64,000 nt of DNA from an uncultured Candidatus Saccharibacteria bacterium (GCA_964440955.1 CAYTTP010000002.1:18372-82371); one strand, 5' to 3'; positions 27,542 through 36,320 are shown, numbered from the stretch's first letter. The notes: generated by a model from the sequence alone, not told the origin. Made by a program: numbers and translations.

Positions 27542-28067
27542 CGTTCGTATAGACTTCCTGTACTTCTTCGTTTTCTTCCAACTCTTCGATCAGAGATTGG
27601 AGTTTTTCACCATGGTCTTCGTTTATTTGGATATTCATGTTGGGTGCCCAGCTACCATCAATGTTTTTTGTAAAAGCCCAAGAGGCTGATCCTGGTACGG
27701 CAAGTTCAAAACCGTTTTTAGTTAAAATATGCTTTATTTCCTGGGCTGCCTTGTTTCTATTTTCGGTCAGGGCTTCAATAATGAGGGCGCAACCACCAGG
27801 ACCATACGCTTCGTAGGTTATTTGCTCCATTAAGCCTGCATCACCACCAACTCCTTTTTTTATTGCTCTCTCTATATTGTCGTTTGGTACATTTTCGGCT
27901 CTGGCTTTTTCAATTGCGCTTCTAAGCCCAGGGGAGTTTACATCACCTTTTGCCTTTTTTGATTCAACAGTAATGAAGCGCACCAACTTGGAAAAGATTT
28001 TTGCTTTATAAGCATCGGTCACTGCTTTTTTGTTTTTTATTTTTGACCATTTATTATGTCCAGACAT
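27534..28067 (-). CDS. yebC: YebC/PmpR-family transcriptional regulator lacking the middle domain
   Basis: MSGHNKWSKIK N-terminus; about 65 aa missing compared with the usual roughly 245-aa homologs; EVQEVYTN C-terminus retained. Confidence 0.8.
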   Translation of the reverse strand: MSGHNKWSKIKNKKAVTDAYKAKIFSKLVRFITVESKKAKGDVNSPGLRSAIEKARAENVPNDNIERAIKKGVGGDAGLMEQITYEAYGPGGCALIIEALTENRNKAAQEIKHILTKNGFELAVPGSASWAFTKNIDGSWAPNMNIQINEDHGEKLQSLIEELEENEEVQEVYTNAE

Positions 28068-28072
28068 GTTTT

Positions 28073-29056
28073 TTATTGGTTATCGATACCTATATGTTTG
28101 AAGCCATGCTTGGTTAGTACTCGTCCACGCGGGGTTCGCTCCAAAAATCCGATTTGCAAGAGGTATGGTTCATTAAATTCTTCAATAGTCGCTTCTTCTT
28201 CGGAGAGGGAAGCGGCAATAGTGTTGAGGCCAACCGGTCCGCCTTTAAATTTGTTGGCGATAGTCATTAGGATGTCGCGGTCAGAAGAGTTTAGTCCGAG
28301 CTTGTCTATACCTAAAAGGTCGAAAGCTTCCTCAACCACCCCTTTTGTTATATCACTTTTTTTCATTTGGGCGTAGTCGCGGGCTCTTTTGAGCAGATAG
28401 TTTGCGGTGCGGGGTGTAAAGCGACTCCTTTTTGCAATTGAAGTCACCGCTTCTTCTTCCACTCTTACTCCCAAAAGCTTGGAAGAGCGCTCTACAATGT
28501 CGCTTATTTCATCTTCTGAATAAAACTCGAGCTTGAAAACCCCACCCGAAAATCGTGAGCGAAGTGGAGACGAAATCATTGCGAGCCGAGTGGTCGCTCC
28601 GATTAAAGTAAATGGTGGCAGCTCAAGCTGGATCGTGCGTGCCGATGGTCCTTTGCCAATAATTATATCAAGAGAGCGCGCCTCCATGGCTGGGTAGAGT
28701 ACCTCTTCAATTGATTTGTTTAAGCGGTGGATCTCGTCGATAAAAAGAATATCACCAGGTGATAAGTTGGTGAGGATAGAGGCTAGGTCACCAACCTTTT
28801 CGATTGCCGGACCTGATGTGGAGCGCATTTGACTACCGGTTTCTTTGGCTATGAGGTGAGCAAGGGTGGTTTTGCCAAGTCCGGGTGGACCATAAAATAA
28901 AATATGTTCGGCTGGGTGCGATCGTTCGCGTGCCGCGCCCAAGAGTATTTGTAAATTTTTTTTGATTGTTTTTTGGCCAATATAATCATTCCATTCCGAA
29001 GGTCGGAGAGTTTGGTCCAAAAAATGAATATCTTCCGGGTTTTCATTGTTAACCAT
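28073..29056 (-). CDS. ruvB: Holliday junction branch-migration ATPase RuvB
   Basis: GPPGLGKTTLA Walker A; sensor motifs; ruvC-yebC-ruvB arrangement. Confidence 0.9.
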   Translation of the reverse strand: MVNNENPEDIHFLDQTLRPSEWNDYIGQKTIKKNLQILLGAARERSHPAEHILFYGPPGLGKTTLAHLIAKETGSQMRSTSGPAIEKVGDLASILTNLSPGDILFIDEIHRLNKSIEEVLYPAMEARSLDIIIGKGPSARTIQLELPPFTLIGATTRLAMISSPLRSRFSGGVFKLEFYSEDEISDIVERSSKLLGVRVEEEAVTSIAKRSRFTPRTANYLLKRARDYAQMKKSDITKGVVEEAFDLLGIDKLGLNSSDRDILMTIANKFKGGPVGLNTIAASLSEEEATIEEFNEPYLLQIGFLERTPRGRVLTKHGFKHIGIDNQ

Positions 29057-29095
29057 ATATAGTATAGTAGTTCATGCTGGCCTAAATGGGGAGTA

Positions 29096-29124
29096 TTGAC
29101 ATATTTTTTTAAATATGATATACT
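29096..29124 (+). promoter_or_regulatory. Sigma70-like promoter (TTGACA, 17-nt spacer, TATACT) facing into the ruvB-pilB spacer
   Basis: Consensus -35 hexamer, 17-nt spacer, near-consensus -10 hexamer. Confidence 0.4.
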
Positions 29125-29130
29125 TCGCGA

Positions 29131-29335
29131 GTAACAGTATTTTTACGTTGAAAACATTGGGGATAGAAATCTCTAAGCGTCGGTCGCTTTATGCGGTTTT
29201 GACATTAAATCAAGGAAGTGCCGGTACCATTCTTCACGGGACGGTTCGCTAGCGCTTTCCTCAGAATAATGTTTTGCTTTGGATATAAATATTCAAAGTG
29301 TCGCTTAGAGATTTCTGTCTCCAATTTTTGTTTAT
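29131..29335 (+). ncRNA. Candidate structured small RNA of about 200 nt, function unknown
   Basis: Sits downstream of the promoter. A 20-nt arm GATAGAAATCTCTAAGCGTCG (29162-29182) pairs with TGTCGCTTAGAGATTTCTGTC (29299-29319) to close a roughly 115-nt interior, followed by a TTTTTGTTT tract. No ORF inside. Confidence 0.3.
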
Positions 29336-29397
29336 CCCTCAACCTGTTTTTCATTATTCATAAAAGGGAATCCCAGGCAATTTTTTTTGTGTATAAC

Positions 29398-31074
29398 TTA
29401 TTCAAGATCGATAACTCGGCCAAGTTCGTCAAGGGAAGTGAGACCGCGGCAAACTTTGAGCACACCATCTTGTTGCATATTTAAAAGGTTTTGACTCTCG
29501 GCGGCTTTGTTTATTTCTCGTTCGCTTGGGTTTTGGATAACAGCTTTTTCGATTTGTTCATCAGTGAGTATCGCTTCATAAATACCTGTTCGCCCTTTGA
29601 AACCTGTGAAGTTACACTCCTGACATCCTACCGCTTCGGAAATATTTTTTTCATCGAGACCGTTTAAATAGCTTTTGTCTTTGATGCTATCAAGTGTTTT
29701 GTGGATTATTTGCATTTCGTTTTCTGAGAGTGTGGCCTTTTTTTTGCAAACGCTACAAAGGGTGCGTACAAGCCTTTGGGCCATCGCAATGTTGATTGCC
29801 GAAGTTATCACCTTCGGGTTTACTCCAAGATCAATAAGTCGGGGAAAGGTGCCAGCTGCATTGTTGGTGTGTAAGGTGGAGAATACAAGGTGGCCAGTAA
29901 GTGCAGCATTTACTGCAATTTCTGCCGTTTCGTTGTCGCGGATTTCACCAACCATGATCACGTCAGGGTCCTGGCGTAGAGCACTTCGCAGACCTTCCAA
30001 AAAAGTGTAGCCTTTTTCGTCGTCGGTTTGGGTTTGGACTACCCCCTTTAGGTGGTATTCGATAGGGTTTTCGATGGTTATTATTTTTATTTCTGGTGTG
30101 TGAATTTTTTTGAGGAAGGCGTAGAGGGTGGTGGTTTTACCGCTACCAGTAGGACCGGTGTTTAAGATCATACCATTTGGCTTTTTGAGTTCGTGAGTCA
30201 AGATCTCGAGGAGTTTTTTGTCGATTCCCAAAGCTTCGAGTTCTACACTGATTGCAAGTGGGTTTAAAACACGCAATACCACTGATTCGCCATAACCACC
30301 GGGCAATAATGAGGTACGCACCTCTATCTCGCCGTCGGAAAGGCGAATACTAAAGCGACCGTCTTGAGCCTTGTCTTTTACATTTAATTTAACGTTTGAA
30401 ATTAGTTTGATACGGGAGAGGAGGAGAGTGAAGGTTTCCTTATCTATTTCCAAAATATCATTCAATACTCCATCCAATCGGTAGCGCAAGCGAACTGACT
30501 TTTCTTCTGGTTCGAGGTGGATGTCGGAAGCACCGACTGAAATAGCGCCAGCCAATATTATTTCTAAAATGCGCGAAATACGATAGCTCTTTTTTTGGAT
30601 GAGCACTGTCTCAATTGATTTTTTTATATCATCGGTCGTTTTAACTGTTTTGATCAATTCTTGGATTTCTTCGTTTTCGATATCGAGCGCACCACCTTTG
30701 GTTTCCATTGAATAGGACAAATCCTTATAGCGACCCCAGATTTTTTGGAGGCTTTGATGTGAAGCCATATAGAGAGTAGGAACATAGCCCCTGTCTTTAA
30801 GTGATTCGATGAGTTGGATCGTTTTGCTGTTATTGGGAGAGATGATAGCGAGCGATATTTTTTTGTTTATGATATTGAAAGAAGCTACTTCCGCTTCACG
30901 GGCCTCTTGCTCACGAATAACTCTTAAAGCATCAATGTTAACCGGTGTTACCCCAAGGTCTATATATTGAAGTCCGTATTTTTGGGACATCGCTTTCGCG
31001 AGTCCTTCCTCTTCGGCCTCAGCCAAATCGGAGAGTTTTTGTCTTTGCTTGTCTTCGTCGAAGTGAATTACCAT
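29398..31074 (-). CDS. pilB: Type IV pilus assembly ATPase PilB / GspE family
   Basis: N-terminal GSPII_E_N-like domain; Walker A GPTGSGKTTTL; Asp and His boxes. The start is reassigned to MVIHFDE at 31074; the ORF-track extension to 31161 runs through an intergenic palindrome. Confidence 0.85.
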   Translation of the reverse strand: MVIHFDEDKQRQKLSDLAEAEEEGLAKAMSQKYGLQYIDLGVTPVNIDALRVIREQEAREAEVASFNIINKKISLAIISPNNSKTIQLIESLKDRGYVPTLYMASHQSLQKIWGRYKDLSYSMETKGGALDIENEEIQELIKTVKTTDDIKKSIETVLIQKKSYRISRILEIILAGAISVGASDIHLEPEEKSVRLRYRLDGVLNDILEIDKETFTLLLSRIKLISNVKLNVKDKAQDGRFSIRLSDGEIEVRTSLLPGGYGESVVLRVLNPLAISVELEALGIDKKLLEILTHELKKPNGMILNTGPTGSGKTTTLYAFLKKIHTPEIKIITIENPIEYHLKGVVQTQTDDEKGYTFLEGLRSALRQDPDVIMVGEIRDNETAEIAVNAALTGHLVFSTLHTNNAAGTFPRLIDLGVNPKVITSAINIAMAQRLVRTLCSVCKKKATLSENEMQIIHKTLDSIKDKSYLNGLDEKNISEAVGCQECNFTGFKGRTGIYEAILTDEQIEKAVIQNPSEREINKAAESQNLLNMQQDGVLKVCRGLTSLDELGRVIDLE

Positions 31075-31115
31075 AAAAATATTATAGCATGACCTATTTT
31101 CTCCTATGCAGACCT

Positions 31116-31152
31116 TACCCCCCAGCCCCTCTCCTAGAATTAGGAGAGGGGA
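31116..31152. repeat. GC-palindrome family copy A (ACCCCCCAGCCCCTCTCCTAGAATTAGGAGAGGGGAG)
   Basis: Seen directly; shares a leader with copy D and a 23-nt core with copy B. Confidence 0.6.
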
Positions 31153-31160
31153 GTCAGACA

Positions 31161-31189
31161 TTGCTTTTTTATATAAATAATGTATAATG
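31161..31189 (+). promoter_or_regulatory. Promoter TTGCTT-17-TATAAT upstream of the GC-rich lipoprotein gene
   Basis: Spacing counted base by base; followed by the GGAGG ribosome-binding site at 31202 and the ATG at 31216. Confidence 0.45.
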
Positions 31190-31215
31190 TTTGGTAGAAA
31201 TGGAGGTTTTGTAAA

Positions 31216-31701
31216 ATGAACAATAAGTTGTCACTAGCCATGATGGCTGCCATGATTTTTTTGAGTAGCTGTGCGAATCGCACAACTGCTCCTAAGGCGC
31301 CGTCGACACCAAAAACAGTTGACCATGGGAAGTGGGTGGTGAGCTACCCATACCAAGGCAACAACCTGGTTGTGACGATTTACAACCAGACCGACTTTTT
31401 CCTTAAAGTTTTTGTTGATGGGTTTGAGGTTAACTACACTAACAAAAAAAAGAAGGAATCAAAAGAGATGGCTGTTTCGAAGAGAGGCATTGTTCCTCTT
31501 AGCTTTGCTGGTGGATACCAGACCTCTCGCCCTATCAATATCGGGGTGAAGGTGTACTGTGTGTATCCGGCACCGGCCAACTGTCGCGAGGGGCTCATGG
31601 CCCAGCGAATGTTCTTCGCTCCGCCGCGCTGGTCTGGAGGTTTAAACACCTTCTACCAGCAAAAAGATGCTTGGGAAATCACTTCCGGCATTCTGCGCTA
31701 A
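31216..31701 (+). CDS. Putative lipoprotein; anomalously GC-rich gene
   Basis: Lipobox LSSC; the 3' half is about 55% GC in an otherwise roughly 38% GC context. Confidence 0.5.
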   Translation: MNNKLSLAMMAAMIFLSSCANRTTAPKAPSTPKTVDHGKWVVSYPYQGNNLVVTIYNQTDFFLKVFVDGFEVNYTNKKKKESKEMAVSKRGIVPLSFAGGYQTSRPINIGVKVYCVYPAPANCREGLMAQRMFFAPPRWSGGLNTFYQQKDAWEITSGILR

Positions 31702-31713
31702 CCGCTCTTTTTC

Positions 31714-31740
31714 GGGCTCGGACTCAAGCAGTCCGAGCCC
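31714..31740 (+). terminator. Hairpin terminator GGGCTCGGACTC-AAGC-AGTCCGAGCCC
   Basis: 12-bp perfect stem immediately after the stop codon. Confidence 0.5.
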
Positions 31741-31764
31741 TTCGCTTTGTGGTAGGATGAATAT

Positions 31765-32229
31765 ATGAAAATAGTCTCGAAAAGCGAAAAGGAAACCGCT
31801 CAAATCGCCAAGGATTTTGCTAAAAGTCTTAAATCAAAAGAGTCTGGCGCGACCATTGTCGGGCTTTATGGCGACTTGGGTGCCGGCAAAACCACTTTCA
31901 TGAAGTCAATAGCGAGCGCTCTTGGAGTGGAGGAGACTATCCAAAGCCCTACTTTTGTTATTATAAAAATCTTCAATCCCGCCTCATCGGCGGACAAGTT
32001 GCAACCTGTAATTTTCAGTAAATTAATCCACATTGATGCATATCGCATCGAAGACGAAAAAGAAATGTTGACTCTTGGGTGGGATTCTATTTCAAAAAAC
32101 AAAGAAAATATTATTTTTGTGGAATGGCCAGAGAGAATATCAAAAATAATTGGTGATCATATCAAGATAAATTTTGATCATGGAAAAAGTGAAAATGAAC
32201 GGGTGATTGAAATACAAAATGAAGAGTGA
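31765..32229 (+). CDS. tsaE: tRNA threonylcarbamoyladenosine biosynthesis protein TsaE
   Basis: P-loop GDLGAGKTTF plus the SPTF motif. Confidence 0.8.
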   Translation: MKIVSKSEKETAQIAKDFAKSLKSKESGATIVGLYGDLGAGKTTFMKSIASALGVEETIQSPTFVIIKIFNPASSADKLQPVIFSKLIHIDAYRIEDEKEMLTLGWDSISKNKENIIFVEWPERISKIIGDHIKINFDHGKSENERVIEIQNEE

Positions 32230-34582
32230 TAAAAAACAAAAAAATAAAAAGCTAGTTTTGCTTGACGCGCACGCGATCATTCATCGCGCTTATCATGCTC
32301 TACCTGATTTTGCGACAAGTAAAGGCGAACCAACAGGAGCATTGTATGGTCTTGTACTCATGATACTAAAAATAGTTTCTGAGCTTTCGCCGGACTATAT
32401 TATTGCTTGTTTTGATTTGCCTAAGCCGACCTACCGTCATGAAGTCTATGAGAGTTACAAAGCTGGTCGGGCCAAAACCGATGACGACCTTTCAGTCCAA
32501 CTTGAAAAAGCTCGGGAGGTTTGTGAGGCTTTAAATATCCCTATATATTCACTTGAAGGGTTTGAAGCAGACGATATGCTCGGCACTATTGTAGAGGAGT
32601 CTAAAGACATTGATATTGTTATTGCCTCGGGTGATATGGATACTTTGCAGTTGGTTGCCGATAGGTACAATGGTGGTTCGGTCGCTGTTTATACTTTAAA
32701 AAAAGGTATCAACGAAACAGTGATCTATAACGAAGAGAAGGTTTTGGAAAGGTTTGGTTTTGGTCCGAAGCTTTTGCCTGACTACAAGGGTTTGCGTGGT
32801 GACCCATCGGACAACATTGTTGGTATTGAAGGTATTGGAGAAAAGAGCGCGACCGACTTACTTGTCAACTTTGGCTCAATTGAAAAAATATATGAGTCTT
32901 TGAAGAAGGATGAAAAGAAATTTGAAGAGAAGGGAATTAAAAAAAGAATTATTGAACTTTTGAAAAATGGTGAAGAAGAAGCGCGTTTTAGTAAAATGCT
33001 GGCTACCATTCGTCGTGACGCCCCAATCGATTTTCAACTACCAAAAGAGGAGTGGGCTAAGGGGGTGGATATGAAAAAGGCAGGAGAGATATTTGCCCGC
33101 TACGAGTTTCGTTCGCTTGGTAGTCGGCTTGAATCGGCTCTAAATTCACGGGGGGTTAAGATAGAAAAGGAAAAAGGTGAAGTTCTTTCTCCTGAATTGT
33201 TAGAAGAGACAAAGGTCGCTTTGTGGGTCGTTGATTCAAATATTACCAACCCTAAAGAGGAAGATATTTTAAATTTTGCCAATACCAATTCTTTTGTTGA
33301 AGCAAAAAATTTAATTTTTGAAGAGCTCAAAAAAAGAGAAAGTGAGGATGTGTTTTTGAAGATAGAAAAGCCGATTATACCCATTATCGCCAAAATGGAG
33401 GAGAGGGGGGTTAAGATAGACATTGGTATTTTTGAAAAGCTAAAAAAAGAGTATTCTTTAGAACTTGAAAAAATAGAAACGGAAATATGGCGCCTCGCTG
33501 GCGAGAAATTTAACATTGCTTCTCCAAAACAGCTTGGTGAAATACTTTTTGACAAGCTTGGTCTTTCGGTCAAAAACCAAAAAAAGACCGGTACTGGAGC
33601 AAAATCTACTAAGGAGTCTGAGCTTCAAAAAATGAAGGACTTGCATCCTATTGTACCTTTGATTTTTGAATACCGTGAAATTTCAAAAATAATCGGTACC
33701 TATATCGAGCCAATACCGGCGCTTGTTGGTGCAGATGGACGTTTGCATGCACACTTCATCCAAACTGGTACGACGACCGGTCGCATGGCTTCGCAAAATC
33801 CAAACCTGCAAAATATTCCGATAAGTTCCGAACGGGGACGAGCTTTGCGTGACGCCTTTGTAGCCGAGTCGGGATTTGTTTTTGGTTCTTTTGACTACTC
33901 TCAAATTGAACTTCGCATCGCTGCTTTTTTGTCGGGCGATAAGACGCTAATTGAGATCTTTAAATCAGGAGAGGACGTGCATACGAGTGTGGCCGCTGTC
34001 GTGTTTGGAGTATCACCTGAAGAGGTAACCAAGGAAATGCGCCGCGAGGCAAAAGTCATAAATTTCGGCATTCTCTATGGAATGGGGGTGACGGCTCTCC
34101 AGCAAAATTTGGGTTCTGATCGTGCGACTGCTCAAAATTTTTACAATACTTATTTTGAAAGGTTTCCTGATTTAGCCAAATATTTGGATGACACCAAAGC
34201 GTCGGCTAGTAAGCTTGGTTATACCAAAACTTTTTTTGGTCGTCGCCGTTATTTTGAGGGGATGAAATCAAAAATCCCGTTTATCAAAGCGGCGGCCGAG
34301 CGGATGGCGATAAACGCGCCGATCCAGGGTACTCAAGCAGACGTGATAAAAATAGCGATGAAGCGGATCGATGATTTTTTGGTAGCCGAGAAGCTCGACC
34401 AAAAGGCTTATCTCATTTTGCAAATTCACGATGAGTTGATTTATGAAATCGCCGAAGAGGTGAAAGAAAAGGTGGCGCCAAAAATAATAGAAATAATGGA
34501 GAGCGTGTTGGGCCCAGAAGACACCAAGGGTGTGCCGATTTTGGCTGATTCGGCGTTTGGTAAAAATTGGGGGGAGGTATAA
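32207..34582 (+). CDS. polA: DNA polymerase I (791 aa)
   Basis: N-terminal 5'-3' exonuclease domain (LVLLDAHAIIHRAYHA) and C-terminal polymerase motifs (RRxAKxINFGxxYG, QIHDEL). Confidence 0.9.
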   Translation: MKYKMKSDKKQKNKKLVLLDAHAIIHRAYHALPDFATSKGEPTGALYGLVLMILKIVSELSPDYIIACFDLPKPTYRHEVYESYKAGRAKTDDDLSVQLEKAREVCEALNIPIYSLEGFEADDMLGTIVEESKDIDIVIASGDMDTLQLVADRYNGGSVAVYTLKKGINETVIYNEEKVLERFGFGPKLLPDYKGLRGDPSDNIVGIEGIGEKSATDLLVNFGSIEKIYESLKKDEKKFEEKGIKKRIIELLKNGEEEARFSKMLATIRRDAPIDFQLPKEEWAKGVDMKKAGEIFARYEFRSLGSRLESALNSRGVKIEKEKGEVLSPELLEETKVALWVVDSNITNPKEEDILNFANTNSFVEAKNLIFEELKKRESEDVFLKIEKPIIPIIAKMEERGVKIDIGIFEKLKKEYSLELEKIETEIWRLAGEKFNIASPKQLGEILFDKLGLSVKNQKKTGTGAKSTKESELQKMKDLHPIVPLIFEYREISKIIGTYIEPIPALVGADGRLHAHFIQTGTTTGRMASQNPNLQNIPISSERGRALRDAFVAESGFVFGSFDYSQIELRIAAFLSGDKTLIEIFKSGEDVHTSVAAVVFGVSPEEVTKEMRREAKVINFGILYGMGVTALQQNLGSDRATAQNFYNTYFERFPDLAKYLDDTKASASKLGYTKTFFGRRRYFEGMKSKIPFIKAAAERMAINAPIQGTQADVIKIAMKRIDDFLVAEKLDQKAYLILQIHDELIYEIAEEVKEKVAPKIIEIMESVLGPEDTKGVPILADSAFGKNWGEV

Positions 34583-34595
34583 TACCTCACCCCAT
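34568..34595. repeat. GC-palindrome family copy F (GGGGAGGTATAATACCTCACCCC), overlapping the polA stop codon
   Basis: Seen directly. Confidence 0.45.
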
Positions 34596-34616
34596 ACGGC
34601 TGGTATACTTATCATT

Positions 34617-35075
34617 ATGGAGCAGAGCTTATTCAAGGAATACATAGGAGTGTTTGAGGAAAAGCCGGAGGAGAAAAAAGAGAAGGCGGTTCGAGTTTTT
34701 GGCTACAGCCCTTTTGCTCTCCAGGATGCGATTGGAGCTAAGGATGTGAAGCAAATGTGGCTCGAGTACCGAAGGCTTCGACTGGAAGACATTGAAGCAG
34801 AGGAAATAATTCACAACATTATATCCAAGCTTCGTGACTTGCTTTCAATAATGAATGGCGCTACCAAAGAAGACCTCTCTATCAAAAACGATTTCCCGTT
34901 CAACAAATCAAAACGTGACCTTAAAAATTGGAAAAGAGAGGAGCTTCAAGCAATGTATACCAAGTTTGTCTTTGCTTACCATCATTCCCGTATGGGGCGC
35001 AACGCAAATAATTTTGATTTGGCTATAGGTGACCCACTCGACCTCGCAATCGAGAAAATAATATTGAATGGATAA
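34617..35075 (+). CDS. Hypothetical protein
   Basis: Start reassigned to MEQSLFKEY (ATG at 34617), downstream of the polA stop. Confidence 0.35.
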   Translation: MEQSLFKEYIGVFEEKPEEKKEKAVRVFGYSPFALQDAIGAKDVKQMWLEYRRLRLEDIEAEEIIHNIISKLRDLLSIMNGATKEDLSIKNDFPFNKSKRDLKNWKREELQAMYTKFVFAYHHSRMGRNANNFDLAIGDPLDLAIEKIILNG

Positions 35076-35098
35076 ATCTAAAGCAGTTTAGATTTTTT
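35074..35098. terminator. Hairpin terminator AAATCTAAA-GCAGT-TTAGATTT plus T-tract, copy 1
   Basis: Perfect 9-bp stem with a T run. Confidence 0.5.
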
Positions 35099-35206
35099 AA
35101 CTATTTCTGTGGTCACGGATAATTTTTTCGCCGTCGCTCAAAAATTTCCTCGACCCCGACTCGCCCGTTTTTGCCGCTGCAAAAACACGGCTCCGTCTCG
35201 CACAGC

Positions 35207-35233
35207 TAAAAAATCTAAAGCAGTTTAGATTTT
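35207..35233. terminator. Identical hairpin terminator, copy 2, directly 3' of tRNA-Lys
   Basis: Exact 25-nt duplicate of the 35074 hairpin. Confidence 0.5.
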
Positions 35234-35243
35234 TCTTAACGCT

Positions 35244-35317
35244 GTGCGCCCGGTAGGAATCGAACCTACGACCATCTCCTTAAAAGGGAGCTGCTCTACC
35301 GACTGAGCTACGGGCGC
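35244..35317 (-). tRNA. tRNA-Lys (anticodon TTT)
   Basis: Manual cloverleaf: acceptor GCGCCCG/CGGGCGC, anticodon loop CTTTTAA, T-loop TTCGATT; CCA not encoded. Confidence 0.85.
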
Positions 35318-35379
35318 AACGAAGACATTGCAAAATATAACTTAAAAAAAACTAAAAATCAATATATTTTGTAGTGCGG

Positions 35380-35784
35380 TTATAGAGGCAGATCAAAAGC
35401 AAATGCTCCGGCGCCGGTGAGGAGAAGGGAGAGGCTCATTATAAACATAAGTAAGTAAAAGGCGATGTCGCGTCGGAGCAAAGAGCTTTCTTTGTACTCA
35501 ATAAAAGCTTCGGTGAAAGTGAAAGCAAGAAGGATGAGGGCGGCGATTTGGGTATAAAAACCGAAGAATAACATCCCACCGGTCACTATTTGCAAAATTG
35601 CAATCACGCTTATTATTTTTTTAGGGAAGGGGGCCTTTACTATTTTTAAAATATTAAGCCATTCTTTTTTTTCAGACTTGAGTGAAGCAAACCCTAATTC
35701 TATAGTGATCAAACCCAAAATCACTCGCAATAAAAACGGGGCGAAGAAACTGTAGGTGAGTAGGTCTGGAAAAGGATTTAACAT
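35380..35784 (-). CDS. DoxX-family membrane protein
   Basis: 134 aa, four TM helices, DoxX-like N-terminal motif. Confidence 0.55.
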   Translation of the reverse strand: MLNPFPDLLTYSFFAPFLLRVILGLITIELGFASLKSEKKEWLNILKIVKAPFPKKIISVIAILQIVTGGMLFFGFYTQIAALILLAFTFTEAFIEYKESSLLRRDIAFYLLMFIMSLSLLLTGAGAFAFDLPL

Positions 35785-35802
35785 AAAGGTAGTATACCAA
35801 GT

Positions 35803-36267
35803 ATGGAAAAAGTTGTCATACTGAACAATATTCGAAGCAACGAAAATGTCGGTTCTATTTTTCGCACTTCTGATGCGGCCGGCGTTTCAAAAATAATTTT
35901 GACCGGTTATACTCCTGCACCCCTCGATCGTTTTGGCCGAAAAAATAAAGCGCTATCAAAATCAGCGCTTGGGGCAGAGGAGTTTGTAGGGTGGGAGAGC
36001 GTTGCTTCCTTGCAAGAAGCGGTTGAAAAATTAAAAATCGAAGGTTTTAAAATTATTGGAGTAGAACAAAGTGAAGGAGCGATTGATTATAAAAATTATA
36101 AACCTGATTCTGTTAATGAAAAAATAGCTTTTGTTTTTGGCAACGAGGTGACGGGTTTAAGTGAAGAGGATTTGGCTTTATGTGACGAGGTGGTGGAAAT
36201 AAAAATGAAGGGCAAAAAGGAGTCTCTCAATGTCGCCGTCTGCGCGGGGATTATTTTGTTTAATTAA
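35803..36267 (+). CDS. SpoU/TrmH-family RNA 2'-O-methyltransferase
   Basis: SPOUT motifs NVGSIFRTSDAAG, FVFGNE and NVAVCAGIIL. Confidence 0.8.
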   Translation: MEKVVILNNIRSNENVGSIFRTSDAAGVSKIILTGYTPAPLDRFGRKNKALSKSALGAEEFVGWESVASLQEAVEKLKIEGFKIIGVEQSEGAIDYKNYKPDSVNEKIAFVFGNEVTGLSEEDLALCDEVVEIKMKGKKESLNVAVCAGIILFN

Positions 36268-36268
36268 G

Positions 36269-36320
36269 ACCTCACCCCACCTCGCTATACTAGGCACTCT
36301 CCTAGAATTAGGAGAGGGGG
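36269..36320. repeat. GC-palindrome family copy B (CCTCACCCCACC...CTCTCCTAGAATTAGGAGAGGGGG)
   Basis: 23-nt core identical to copy A. Confidence 0.6.

Noticed and set aside
29057-29397. tmRNA, SRP RNA or RNase P RNA in this or other spacers
   Set aside because: I looked for the tmRNA GGGG...UUCGAC 5' end with a same-strand T-arm and 3' end, for the SRP domain IV GGAAGCAGC core, and for the RNase P AGGAAAGUCCGGGCU motif. None were found in this window.
29218-29484. 88-aa plus-strand ORF in the ruvB-pilB spacer
   Set aside because: It overlaps the pilB 3' end and has low-complexity composition. The region is better explained as a non-coding RNA candidate.
31075-31161. N-terminal extension of pilB to the ATG at 31161
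   Set aside because: The extension is encoded by the intergenic GC palindrome. The conserved PilB N-terminus begins at MVIHFDE (31074).
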